Shown here: in pieces, positions 29,146 to 38,351 of the stretch | How positions within the stretch are numbered: position 1 is the stretch's first letter | Layout: each line of letters begins with the position of its first letter | Assembly (NCBI GenBank): GCA_022822375.1 | Contig: JAJEBU010000126.1 | Span: 68,659 to 132,658, forward strand | Direction of reading: 5' to 3' | Source: Dehalococcoidia bacterium | GTDB taxonomy: Bacteria > Chloroflexota > Dehalococcoidia > Bin125 | DNA length: 64,000 nt | Position numbers and translations under genes: made by a program | Notes under the pieces: model-generated | What the model saw: the letters and a program-made list of their open reading frames with translations, nothing else | The model's database searches: none | What the model was told of the DNA's origin: nothing

Positions 29146-29532
29146 ATGAAGCTCACGCGGATGTATCTGGGCGAAGATGGCACGTCGCAGTTCGAGGACA
29201 TCGAGATCAATCTGAGAGAGTTCGATGTCGGCGCGTTCTCGCGGCGGCTGCGACCCGACTTCATCTCGTTCCGCATTTCAGAACCGGGCCTCGTCAACGA
29301 TTGGCACAACGCGGAAGCCAAAACGATGATCGTCGTGATCCAGGGATCCGTGCAGACCGAGGTATCGAGCGGCGATACGCGGCGCTTCGACCCAGGTGAC
29401 ATCTGCTACGCCGAAGACACCGAAGGACCCGGACATCTCACCACCGACCTCGAGGGTCCGCGGCTGAGCATGATGGTCTTCCTGCCCGACGACTTCGACG
29501 TCCACCGCTGGGCGCGATCATTCGACGACTGA
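29146..29532 (+). CDS. small cupin-like hypothetical protein, tandem paralog 1
   Basis: ATG 29146 preceded by AGGAGG. MKLTRMYLGEDGTSQFEDIEI...WHNAEAKTMIVVIQGSVQTEV.GDTRRFDPGDICYAEDTEGPGHLT.DLEGPRLSMMVFLPDDFDV. Paralogous to the next gene. Confidence 0.65.
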   Translation: MKLTRMYLGEDGTSQFEDIEINLREFDVGAFSRRLRPDFISFRISEPGLVNDWHNAEAKTMIVVIQGSVQTEVSSGDTRRFDPGDICYAEDTEGPGHLTTDLEGPRLSMMVFLPDDFDVHRWARSFDD

Positions 29533-29546
29533 GGAGCAACAGCAGC

Positions 29547-29921
29547 ATGCAGATCACACGTGTCTACACCGGCGACGATGGCGAGTCTCACTTTGAGACG
29601 ATTGACGTCGCGCAGACGGAGAGCCGCTACGGCACGCTGTCCGAGATGTTCGACGCGGAGGGCGTCATCTTCCGCACGACACCTGTCGGCGGCGAGCTCG
29701 ACTTTCACAACGCACCGCGCAGACAGTTCGTGGTCACCCTGAGCGGGACGGTGGAGATCGAGGTCGGCGACGGCAGTGTCCTGCGGCTGCACGGCGGCGA
29801 CATTCTGCTCGCCGATGACGTGACGGGCCGCGGCCACATCACGCGGGACATCGAGGGACCGCGGCGAAGCCTCTTCATTCCGCTGCCCGACGACTTCGAC
29901 GTCGCGACGCTGCGCGGCTAG
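29547..29921 (+). CDS. small cupin-like hypothetical protein, tandem paralog 2
   Basis: MQITRVYTGDDGESHFETIDV...FHNAPRRQFVVTLSGTVEIEVGDGSVLRLHGGDILLADDVTGRGHITRDIEGPRRSLFIPLPDDFDV is colinear with the preceding gene. Confidence 0.65.
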   Translation: MQITRVYTGDDGESHFETIDVAQTESRYGTLSEMFDAEGVIFRTTPVGGELDFHNAPRRQFVVTLSGTVEIEVGDGSVLRLHGGDILLADDVTGRGHITRDIEGPRRSLFIPLPDDFDVATLRG

Positions 29922-29927
29922 CGGCCG

Positions 29928-30512
29928 CTACGAGACATCACCGACCCAGCGCCAGTAGTGGTCAAAGGCCGCGATCGTCAGCGCGTGCGTGATCAGCTTG
30001 TCGTTGAGCAGGCCCGGAATCTCGTCCAGCGGCACGGTCGTGACTTCGATGGCTTCGCTGCCCGTGCCGACCTGATGGTCAGCCGCGACGTTGCGGGTCA
30101 CGTCCTGCGCGAGGAACGACCAGCAGCGGTTCTCTTGCAGCGCCGGGTTGGGATGTACCCAGCCGAGCTCGATCGCCTCGGAGCTGGCGTAGCCAGATTC
30201 CTCGAACATCTCACGGAGCGCCGCCTGTTTCGCGTCCTCGCCGGGGTCGACGATGCCGCCAGGAATCTCCAGCGTCAGCTCTCGCGTGCCGTGCCGGAAC
30301 TGGTTGACGAACACGACCTCGCGCTCAGGCGTGATCGGCATGATGTTGACCCAGTCGGGGAACTCGAAGATGAAAAAGCGGTGATCGCGGCCCGACGTGG
30401 GGTGACGAGCGATGTCGCGCCGCAGCCTGAAGAACTTGAAGTCCTCCACGATCTCGGAGCTCTGCCGTCGCCAGTCATCGATACCGCCGCTGCCACGTGA
30501 TGCGCTGCTCAT
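29928..30512 (-). CDS. NUDIX hydrolase (ADP-ribose pyrophosphatase-like)
   Basis: Nudix box GGIVDPGEDAKQAALREMFEESG. Confidence 0.82.
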   Translation of the reverse strand: MSSASRGSGGIDDWRRQSSEIVEDFKFFRLRRDIARHPTSGRDHRFFIFEFPDWVNIMPITPEREVVFVNQFRHGTRELTLEIPGGIVDPGEDAKQAALREMFEESGYASSEAIELGWVHPNPALQENRCWSFLAQDVTRNVAADHQVGTGSEAIEVTTVPLDEIPGLLNDKLITHALTIAAFDHYWRWVGDVS

Positions 30513-31336
30513 GTGACGGCGTTGAACACTTTGGCGTACGTGTCGATCTTCAGGAACGAGTCCAGGCCGGCGTCGTGGAACTGGACGTCGAGATTTTCAA
30601 GCAGCGTCGACTTGTAACGGTCAACGTCGATGCCCAGGTCGGCCACGTCCTGCTTGATCCTCCGCAGTCCGAGCGCCACCGCGCTGGCCAGCAGCAGCTG
30701 GCTTTGCCAGACATAGAAGCGGCCCGCGGCTGGCAGTCGATCGATCAACTGCGGCAGGATCGTGTGCAGGAAGTTCACGTGCCGCACTTCGTCTCGCAGA
30801 ATCAGCCGGAAGATCTGCTTGGCGAGCGGATCCACATCATCCAGGTCCAGCGCCTGCTGCAGGAAGAGCGCCGCGAAGTTCTCGCTGAACAACGTCGACG
30901 TCAGCCAGTTCTCGACCCGGTAGAAGCCCCAGGACGCCATACCGCCGAAGCGCTCAATCAGGAAGCGCTCCGGCGTCGACAGGTAGCCGTGCCCTCCAAC
31001 CTCCGTCAGATAGCGGTCGAGCGCGTAGACGTGGCGGGCCTCGTCCTGGCACTGCGCGGCGAGGTACAGGTTGAGCGCTGGATCGCGCAGCTGATGTGTG
31101 GCCTGGCTCATCATCACCTGGATCGTGTCCAGCCCCATGACCTCGAGCCCGAGGAAGACGTTCATCATCCGCAGCCAGGCCGCGCGTCGCGCGGCGGGAA
31201 TCGTCGACCCCGCCGCCCAGTCGACATCGCGGTCAGCGTTCCAGAGCCGGTCTCCCTGCTGTCGAAACAACGCGCGGAACGCGTCGGCCTGCTCGGCCGA
31301 GCGATGCGGACGGACAGCGTTGGGCGAGCGGCGCAT
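30509..31336 (-). CDS. Ferritin-like diiron-carboxylate protein (AurF/MiaE/DUF455-like oxygenase fold)
   Basis: Two ExxH motifs (CQDEARHVYAL and LRDEVRHVNFL) with upstream Glu residues at the spacing of diiron carboxylate four-helix-bundle enzymes. Its stop overlaps the NUDIX start (ATGA). Confidence 0.6.
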   Translation of the reverse strand: MRRSPNAVRPHRSAEQADAFRALFRQQGDRLWNADRDVDWAAGSTIPAARRAAWLRMMNVFLGLEVMGLDTIQVMMSQATHQLRDPALNLYLAAQCQDEARHVYALDRYLTEVGGHGYLSTPERFLIERFGGMASWGFYRVENWLTSTLFSENFAALFLQQALDLDDVDPLAKQIFRLILRDEVRHVNFLHTILPQLIDRLPAAGRFYVWQSQLLLASAVALGLRRIKQDVADLGIDVDRYKSTLLENLDVQFHDAGLDSFLKIDTYAKVFNAVT

Positions 31337-31441
31337 ACGGTCTGACCTCTCCGCGACTATATCGAAGGCTGCGTCGGCGCTGACATCGGGGCTGAGCAGT
31401 GCAGCCTCGGGGAGCGGGCAGACGAGGATCGGCAGTGCAGC

Positions 31442-31897
31442 GTGACTGATCGTATACTGCGGCTCATGGCTGATGAGGCATTCGACCCTGAGGAGACCTT
31501 GCGCGCCCTGCGGGACGCCGATGTCGTCGTGATCGGCTTCGGGTGGCTGCAGGAGCGGCTGCTCATCGACGGTCGTCGCAACGATGTTGACGGACCGTTC
31601 ATCCGTGTGGTCGAGCCAGTGAGAGGGCCGCGGGAACGGCTGCGCGAGCTGCGCAAGCTGCGCCCTGGTTTCGACGACCCTGAGTCATTCGTCTTCTTCC
31701 CATGGTCCGGCCGCGTCGAGTCCTTCGTCGAGGCAGACCTCTTCGAGCGCATCCTCGAACGCTGCGAGGGCGACGAGACAGCAGAGGCCGACGCGCGGTC
31801 GGCGCTGCAGCGGCTGTTTGAACTGGACCGCGAAGATTTGCGCCAAGCGATCTCCGGCGGCGACAAGTACCACACCCTGTACGAGCGCCAGCCCTGA
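31442..31897 (+). CDS. hypothetical protein (151 aa)
   Basis: Balanced acidic protein with no recognised motif. Confidence 0.45.
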   Translation: MTDRILRLMADEAFDPEETLRALRDADVVVIGFGWLQERLLIDGRRNDVDGPFIRVVEPVRGPRERLRELRKLRPGFDDPESFVFFPWSGRVESFVEADLFERILERCEGDETAEADARSALQRLFELDREDLRQAISGGDKYHTLYERQP

Positions 31898-31983
31898 CCT
31901 GTTCGGCCGTAACGTGCCCGGGACGGCCGGCAGGCCGATCGCTTATGACGAGTAAACCGTTTGCCGTAGCGTCTGTTGCGTAG

Positions 31984-32247
31984 TTGGCATACGCTACGTC
32001 CATACATTGGCAACAGGCGACGGGGCAAAACGTGGCGCATCAACCAACCGAAAGTCGAAGCCGCGCGGACATTGACGGAGGGGTGGGTGAGGACGCTGGC
32101 TCTGATGCATGCTCCCACGCCTGGTCCATCGACCGGCCGAACCAGCAAGTGTCGCATGGACGCTGCCTCGTCTGTGGGGAAGAGAAAGACTTCCTGAACT
32201 ACGGCGAAGAGCTGCGCATGCCCTTCGGTCGCCGCCGCCGAAGCTAG
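31984..32247 (+). CDS. small hypothetical ORF with Cys/His residues (doubtful)
   Basis: 87-aa ORF in a locally lower-GC stretch: ...DACSHAWSIDRPNQQVSHGRCLVCGEEKDFLNYGEEL. The start lies inside a palindrome. Coding status uncertain. Confidence 0.2.
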   Translation: MAYATSIHWQQATGQNVAHQPTESRSRADIDGGVGEDAGSDACSHAWSIDRPNQQVSHGRCLVCGEEKDFLNYGEELRMPFGRRRRS

Positions 32248-32335
32248 CCCGGCCTCACGACCGAACTGCAGCCTCCCCCGGCGGCGCAACGTCGCCGCCC
32301 TGCATCATGTGGCGCATCTGTCTTCTGCTGCGCTC

Positions 32336-33268
32336 CTACTGTGGCGGTGGCGCTGTGACCTCGACCGATACGGCGATGATCCGCTCCGTGCCATAGACCG
32401 CGATCAGATCGAATGCGGCTGGGCTCAACTGCAGATCAGTGTTCGACGCTTCTGTCCCGCGTACGACCACGAGCGCCTCAGTGCCGACGACCGCCGCTTG
32501 TTCCTCATCGGTCAGCAGCGTGGCGCCTGGCAGACGCGTCAGACGCAGCGTCGTGCCAACTGGCCAGCGTGATGTGAAGACCGTCGCCGGCTCAGTGGGA
32601 TCGTAGGCCGCTCCGTCGCCGAGTTGGCGCGGAATGCCTGACGGAATCGGTTCCGCCGTGACCCGCTCGGCGGCGATCTCCGCGCCGTCGATCTGGGCCG
32701 GGACGACCGCCATATCGACGACCGTGGGCTGAATCTCCGAGACGGGGATGGACATCTCGGTGCTCTGCTGCTGCACAGACCCTGCTGTCGTCTCGGCTTG
32801 CTGCTCTTGCGCCACAGCCGCACCTTGCTCCGGGGCCGCTTGACGATCTTGCTCGGCAGACTCAGCCGCTGGCGATTCCTGTTCTTGCGACTGCGCTTCA
32901 GCGGTCTCAGGCGGTGTTGCCGCCGGTTCTGCTGCCGAGTCTGCGGCGGATTGTTCAGCCGCCCCGTCCTCGGCCGCCCCGTCCTCGGACGCCGCGGCGT
33001 CCGTCGCTGGCTCCGTCACGACCGCTGGCGAGTCGTCCTCCAGCAGTTCTGTGACTCCGAAGTAGACCGCGACCCCGATCCCGCCCAGGATGGCGAGCAC
33101 CGCCAGTCCGCTGATCATTCGCTTCAGCCTGGGGCCGATGAGTTGCCGCTCGTTGGGCAGCCGCAACCGCTCTCCGGAGTAGCGTCGGTAGTCGGCGGCG
33201 CCGCGCACGCGGATATGCGGGCTCGAGTAATCGCGCGGCCCGCCCTGATTCCGTGAGTACTGGCTCAT
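32336..33268 (-). CDS. Membrane-anchored protein with long acidic disordered region and C-terminal RlpA/DPBB-like domain (tentative)
   Basis: N-terminal cytoplasmic segment, one TM helix (LAVLAILGGIGVAVYFGV), ~120 aa Ala/Glu/Gln-rich low-complexity region, then a C-terminal ~100-aa block (...TLRLTRLPGATLL...ALVVVRGTEASNTDLQLSPAAFDLIA) weakly reminiscent of double-psi beta-barrel domains. Confidence 0.55.
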   Translation of the reverse strand: MSQYSRNQGGPRDYSSPHIRVRGAADYRRYSGERLRLPNERQLIGPRLKRMISGLAVLAILGGIGVAVYFGVTELLEDDSPAVVTEPATDAAASEDGAAEDGAAEQSAADSAAEPAATPPETAEAQSQEQESPAAESAEQDRQAAPEQGAAVAQEQQAETTAGSVQQQSTEMSIPVSEIQPTVVDMAVVPAQIDGAEIAAERVTAEPIPSGIPRQLGDGAAYDPTEPATVFTSRWPVGTTLRLTRLPGATLLTDEEQAAVVGTEALVVVRGTEASNTDLQLSPAAFDLIAVYGTERIIAVSVEVTAPPPQ

Positions 33269-33321
33269 GAACGCAGGTTATGCCATCTGCGTCCGTATGG
33301 TTGACTCAGTAGGATGAACGC

Positions 33322-33696
33322 ATGGCCGACCGAGTCTCGACCCGCCGAATCCGCTGCCCAAACTGCGATCAACGACTCGACGTTGGCGTGCCGCCCGAGC
33401 GCGATCGGCCGCGGCGCGTCGTGACGATGTGCAGGCAATGCCGCTACGACCTCGTCGTCTCCCGATCCGAGAAGAGCGGCGAACCGCTGCGCATTCGCGC
33501 CTGCATGCGCTGGGACGTGACCTGTCCGTACTGCGAACAGCCCACGGTCGCCCGCGTACCGCCCAAAGGTCTGCTGCGACGCAAGGAAACATCGCCGTGC
33601 GTCCATTGCCGCAAGCCGCTGATTGTCGAACGGCGCGAAGAGGGCCAACTCGTCCTGCGCGCGCACCGCGGGATCCTCGAAGGCAGCCTGCTCTGA
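33322..33696 (+). CDS. Cys-rich double zinc-ribbon protein (four CxxC pairs)
   Basis: CPNC...CRQC...CPYC...CVHC in 124 aa. Divergent from the preceding gene (54-bp spacer). Confidence 0.6.
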   Translation: MADRVSTRRIRCPNCDQRLDVGVPPERDRPRRVVTMCRQCRYDLVVSRSEKSGEPLRIRACMRWDVTCPYCEQPTVARVPPKGLLRRKETSPCVHCRKPLIVERREEGQLVLRAHRGILEGSLL

Positions 33697-33891
33697 CACC
33701 TCTGGCTGTCTTGCGCGCCATCTTGGTGTAACCGCCGTAACGCTCGGAGTACCAGTGCGCGACCAGCGCTGTCTGTCACGCTCGTTGGCGGCGCTTGTGC
33801 TAGTGACCAACGCTACTCACACGTCTACAGTGCAGGAATACCAATTCGCGGGCTCCGCCGACGGTCGGCGGGGCGCAGAGAGAGCGAGACC

Positions 33892-35049
33892 ATGAGCGAC
33901 TACGACCAGCGCGCCATCGAGATGCATCGGGAATGGGGCGGCAAGGTCGACTACGCGTCGAAGGTGACGGTCGAGAACCACGACGACCTCTCGGTTGTCT
34001 ACACGCCCGGTGTGGCGGCGCCCTGCCTCGAGATCGCCCGCGACCCATCGCTGGCGCGCGTGATGACCGGCGTCGGCAACCTCGTCGCCGTGATCACCGA
34101 CGGATCTGCCGTGCTCGGACTCGGCGACATCGGACCGCAGGCCGCGCTGCCAGTGATGGAGGGCAAGTGCGTCCTCTTCCGCTCGTTCGCCGGCGTGGAC
34201 GCGATCCCGATTGCGCTGTCGGTGCGCAGCGTCGATGAGATCTGCACCGCGATCGAGGCGATTGCGCCGTCGCTGGGCGGGATCAACCTTGAGGACATTT
34301 CCGCGCCGCGCTGTTTCGAGATCGAGCAACGCTTGCACGACTCGCTGGACATCCCGGTCATGCACGACGACCAGCACGGTACTGCCGTGGTGGCTCTGGC
34401 CGGTGTGATCAACGCCCTGCGCCTGACCAACCGCGACTTCAAGGATGTGCGGACCTCAATCCTGGGGGCCGGCGCCAGCGGCATCGCCTGCGGCGCCATC
34501 CTGCGCGAGATGGGCTGTGAGGACGTCGCGCTGATCGACTCCAAGGGCCTGCTCACCGTCGACCGCGAAGACCTCAACCCGTGGAAGCGCGAGGCCGCCG
34601 AGTGGTGCGGATTCCGCAACAACGCCGACGGCAGCATCCCGCAGACGTCCCAGGTGATGGAAGGGACCGACCTCTTCCTCGGGCTCGCCGGGCCGGGCCT
34701 GGTCACGGTCGCTGATGTCGCCTCGATGAACGACAACGCCATGGTCTTCGCGATGGCCAACCCCACGCCCGAGATCATGCCGGACGAGGCGGCCGAGGCA
34801 GGCGCGGCGATCGTTGCCACGGGACGCTCGGACTTTGCCAACCAGATCAACAACGCGCTCGGCTTCCCGGGCATGTTCCGCGGGCTGCTCGATGGCGGCA
34901 TTCCCAAGATCGAGGACGAGCACAAGATCGCCGCGGCGCAAGCCATCGCCGACTTCGTGACCGACCCCACGCCGGATCGGATCGTGCCGAGCATCTTCGA
35001 GGAAGGCCTCGCCTACAAGGTCGCCGACGCCGTCCAGGCCGTCGGATAG
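33892..35049 (+). CDS. NAD(P)-dependent malic enzyme (short, MaeB N-domain type)
   Basis: 385 aa: ...VYTPGVAAPC...DGSAVLGLGDIGP...VMHDDQHGTAVVALAG...ILGAGASGIA... are malic enzyme motifs. Confidence 0.85.
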   Translation: MSDYDQRAIEMHREWGGKVDYASKVTVENHDDLSVVYTPGVAAPCLEIARDPSLARVMTGVGNLVAVITDGSAVLGLGDIGPQAALPVMEGKCVLFRSFAGVDAIPIALSVRSVDEICTAIEAIAPSLGGINLEDISAPRCFEIEQRLHDSLDIPVMHDDQHGTAVVALAGVINALRLTNRDFKDVRTSILGAGASGIACGAILREMGCEDVALIDSKGLLTVDREDLNPWKREAAEWCGFRNNADGSIPQTSQVMEGTDLFLGLAGPGLVTVADVASMNDNAMVFAMANPTPEIMPDEAAEAGAAIVATGRSDFANQINNALGFPGMFRGLLDGGIPKIEDEHKIAAAQAIADFVTDPTPDRIVPSIFEEGLAYKVADAVQAVG

Positions 35050-35064
35050 GCGGCTAGGCCGCGC

Positions 35065-35991
35065 TTAGGCCGAGTCTGTCGCGCCGGTTCGCCGGTACAC
35101 GTCGAGCGCCTGCGCGATCGCCGCGCGGACGCCCAGCACCGGCTCATATTCCAGCGCCACGCGCGCACGCGAGTCGTCGATCAGGTGCGGCCGCCCCGTC
35201 ACGTCGACGTAGCCGTCCACGCCTTCCGGCTCCGGCAGCACCCATCCCGACAGTCGCAGCGTCCACAGCGCCCGCGACGCGAGATACGGCGCACTCCAGA
35301 ATCTCGCTTCGACGCCTTGCAGCTGGCACGACTCGCGAGCCAGCTCGCCCCACGTCGTGTGTGCAGATGTGGCGTGAAACACGTGATCAACCGCCTCATC
35401 GGAATGGATCAACATCGCCCAGACGGCGCGGCCGAGGTCGGCGCCGGCGAGGATGGAGATCGGCGCCTCGCCGCCCGCGACGAGCGCCGCGCGAGGCCGC
35501 GAGGTGAAGTGGCGCAGCAGCTGGAGCATCTGCCCGCCGCCCTCGGCGATCACCGGCGCCGCGCGCAGGATTGAGAGCGGCACGCGGCGTCGATAGGTGC
35601 GCGCGGCTCGCTCCGCCGCGACGCGGCTCTGCAACGCCGGCCCCAAGGGTCTCGGTACCCAGCTTTCGCTGACTGGCCAGGGCGGCAGGCGGCGCCCATA
35701 CGTCTCGGTCGTCGAGACCATCAACACCTGTGCCAGGTCTCGTTGCCGGCACGCGTCAAGCAACGACGTCGTCGAATGCACGTTGGCCTCGGCGTAGATC
35801 GCGGCTGGATGGCCGGGATCCGTCAGCGAAGCGGCGTGGACGACGTGGGTCGCGCGGTCGAGCGCTGATTGCAGCGCATCTGCGCTCGTGACGTCGAACG
35901 GCATGACGTCGACGGCGTGCCGCTCAAGCTCGCGACGTACCGCGAGACCAACAGGCTGATCGGCGCCGCTCAGGGCGATGCGCATGTCCAT
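35065..35991 (-). CDS. NAD-dependent epimerase/dehydratase-family (extended SDR) protein, divergent member
   Basis: Length and overall pattern of the extended-SDR Rossmann family (MDMRIALSGADQPVGLAV...). The glycine-rich motif is degenerate. Confidence 0.45.
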   Translation of the reverse strand: MDMRIALSGADQPVGLAVRRELERHAVDVMPFDVTSADALQSALDRATHVVHAASLTDPGHPAAIYAEANVHSTTSLLDACRQRDLAQVLMVSTTETYGRRLPPWPVSESWVPRPLGPALQSRVAAERAARTYRRRVPLSILRAAPVIAEGGGQMLQLLRHFTSRPRAALVAGGEAPISILAGADLGRAVWAMLIHSDEAVDHVFHATSAHTTWGELARESCQLQGVEARFWSAPYLASRALWTLRLSGWVLPEPEGVDGYVDVTGRPHLIDDSRARVALEYEPVLGVRAAIAQALDVYRRTGATDSA

Positions 35992-36086
35992 TGCTTGAGT
36001 CCCCGTCTGCCTGTGGCGGTGTTAGCCTCGCCCCATCACGACGTGATTCGAGCTGACTCAGAGCGTATTCGCTGCGGAGGCGCCCA

Positions 36087-36869
36087 ATGCCCATTCTCGA
36101 ACGACCCGGCTGCGACATCTACTACGAGGAGACGGGCGGCGGCCCGCCGATCATCTTCGCGCATGGCGCGGGAGGCAATCACCTCTCCTGGTGGCAGCAG
36201 ATACCGCTGTTCGCCAAGTCCTACCGCTGCGTTGCGTTCGATCATCGAGGCTGGGGCCGCAGCGTCCCGACCGGCGGACCGGGCCCCGCGGCCTTCGTCG
36301 ACGACCTGCTCGCGCTGATGGACGAGCTGCGGATTGAACGGGCGGCGCTGGTCGCGCAATCGATGGGCGGCTGGAGCTGCCTGGGCGCAGCGCTCAAAGC
36401 GCCCGAACGAGTGGCGGCGCTGGTCATGGCCGACACGCTGGGCGGACTGTTGACCGAGTCGATGCGGGAACCGTACGAAGTCGCCCGCGCGGCCGTCCGC
36501 GAGCAGGGTCTGGAGTCGCTCGCCTACGATCGCGGCCTGCGCGAACGTGACCCGGCGTTGGCCTTCCTCTACGAGGAGATCATGGCCCTCAATCCACCGC
36601 GCGATCCAGCCATGCTGAACACCCTGCGCGAGCAGACGCCGGATCCTGACGCCGTCGCGGCATTAACGATGCCCATCCTCTGGGTCGTGGGCGGGAACGA
36701 TCCAATCATGCCGCCGTCCTGCATGCGTCTGGCCGCCGAACTGGTCCCGGGATCGCAGTACTACGAGATTCCAGCGACCGGCCACAGCGTCTACTTCGAG
36801 CGGGCAACGGAGTTCAACGGCCAGCTGAACCGGTTCCTCGTCGATTCTGGATGGGGCACCGGCATCTAA
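36087..36869 (+). CDS. alpha/beta-fold hydrolase
   Basis: HG motif (FAHGAGGN), nucleophile elbow AQSMGGW, C-terminal His (ATGHSV). Confidence 0.8.
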   Translation: MPILERPGCDIYYEETGGGPPIIFAHGAGGNHLSWWQQIPLFAKSYRCVAFDHRGWGRSVPTGGPGPAAFVDDLLALMDELRIERAALVAQSMGGWSCLGAALKAPERVAALVMADTLGGLLTESMREPYEVARAAVREQGLESLAYDRGLRERDPALAFLYEEIMALNPPRDPAMLNTLREQTPDPDAVAALTMPILWVVGGNDPIMPPSCMRLAAELVPGSQYYEIPATGHSVYFERATEFNGQLNRFLVDSGWGTGI

Positions 36870-36874
36870 CTGGC

Positions 36875-38248
36875 TCAGTCCGGCCAGGTCCAGTCGATAC
36901 TGACCGCGCGCTGCAACGCGTCGAGCTGATAGCGCAGCGACGGATCCCAGAGCATGAAGCCGATCCCGCCGACCTCGGCGGTCGCTTCGATCTGTGCGTG
37001 AACGAAGTCCGCGTGGTAGGCCAGCCCGCGCGACTGGTAGTCGGTAAAGTCCTGTAGCCACGGACGAACCACTGCCGATCCGGGCTCGTCAATCAGTTCG
37101 ATCGTCGCCTGGACGTTTCGGCCGACCACCGCGCCGGGATGCGCGGGCGGATAGGCAAAGCCGAACGAGCCAGGCGTCCAACCGCTGGGATAAACCATCG
37201 GCGAGACGTAATCGAGATGCGGCGCGACGCCCGCCACCGACTGTCCGATGCCTTGGTCGTTGCCCGCCGTCGAGATGACACCAAAGGTGTCGAACGACAC
37301 CGCTAAGCCGACCTGATGCAAGGCGTCTCCGGCCTCCTGGGCAAATCTGTTGATCGTGGCGACCCGCTCGGCCTCGCTGAACTGGCTGCGTTCCAGCACG
37401 CTCTCGTATGGCAAGCGAACGTAGTCGTACTGAATTTCGTCGACGTAGCCAGCCGCGGCCATGCCGATTTCGATGTTGTAGCGGCGGGCCTCGAAGGAGA
37501 AGGGCGACGCCCAGCTGTTGCCGTTGCTGTCTCTGAATCGGCCGCCGCTGAGGTTGTGCAGAGAGTGCTGAGGGTGCCAGGCCGAGAACCAAGGGTCAAA
37601 GAACGTCACAATCCGACCGATGCGGTAGACGCCCTGCTCGCCCAGTTGCTCGAGGAAGCTGGTCGTTCTCGGGAAGGCGAACTGCGCGTCGGCCTTCATC
37701 ACGCGGGCAGTCTCGTTTGCGGCAAACGGGATGACCCGGCCGCCTTCGTCCTTCAGATCAACCACCACCGCGTTGATCAAGTCCCGCTCGATCAGGTCGC
37801 TGACGAAGTCCTGGACCTCCTGCTTCTCGATCTCAAGGAAGGGGACGAAGATCGCGCGCACCACGAGTTTGCGCAGCACGATCACCGATCGGTCTCGGTA
37901 GACCGGGCGCTGCACATTGTTGTAGCCCGGTTGCACGACGGTCAGTTGTCCAGTCCGCTCTTCCGCTGTGAACTCGAAGCGGCCGCTGGCGTCAGCGCGC
38001 ACCAGGCTGGTTCCAGTCGAGACGCGGGCGTGCGCCGCGGGCAGCAACCGCCCAGCCTTCCAGACGTAGACGCCACCGCTCAGCGGCGTGGTGAATGTGG
38101 TCGTTGACGAGGTGAGCGCTCGCAGCCCCGGCGCCCGATCAGACGCCGGGTCGTCGGCGGATACTCCGTGCAAGGCGCCCAGCGCGAACAGCGCCACAAC
38201 GGCCATCCCCAGAATCAGACTCCACAGCCTCGAGCGCGGGTCCAACAC
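36875..38248 (-). CDS. Secreted hypothetical protein, putative glycoside-hydrolase-like TIM-barrel (DUF4015-like)
   Basis: N-terminal signal/TM segment (LWSLILGMAVVALFALGALHG), then a ~400-aa domain with dispersed aromatic/acidic motifs (VVVDLKDEGGRV, YDYVRLPYES, FMLWDPS). Family assignment is tentative. Confidence 0.5.
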   Translation of the reverse strand: MLDPRSRLWSLILGMAVVALFALGALHGVSADDPASDRAPGLRALTSSTTTFTTPLSGGVYVWKAGRLLPAAHARVSTGTSLVRADASGRFEFTAEERTGQLTVVQPGYNNVQRPVYRDRSVIVLRKLVVRAIFVPFLEIEKQEVQDFVSDLIERDLINAVVVDLKDEGGRVIPFAANETARVMKADAQFAFPRTTSFLEQLGEQGVYRIGRIVTFFDPWFSAWHPQHSLHNLSGGRFRDSNGNSWASPFSFEARRYNIEIGMAAAGYVDEIQYDYVRLPYESVLERSQFSEAERVATINRFAQEAGDALHQVGLAVSFDTFGVISTAGNDQGIGQSVAGVAPHLDYVSPMVYPSGWTPGSFGFAYPPAHPGAVVGRNVQATIELIDEPGSAVVRPWLQDFTDYQSRGLAYHADFVHAQIEATAEVGGIGFMLWDPSLRYQLDALQRAVSIDWTWPD

Positions 38249-38351
38249 GAGTCGGCCTTTCGATCACGAAACTGTTGCGTCGAGCAACTCTACACTCCCT
38301 GCACAGTTTAAAGTTATGTCGAGGAGCGTCGGATGGCAAGTCCCGCGTCGA

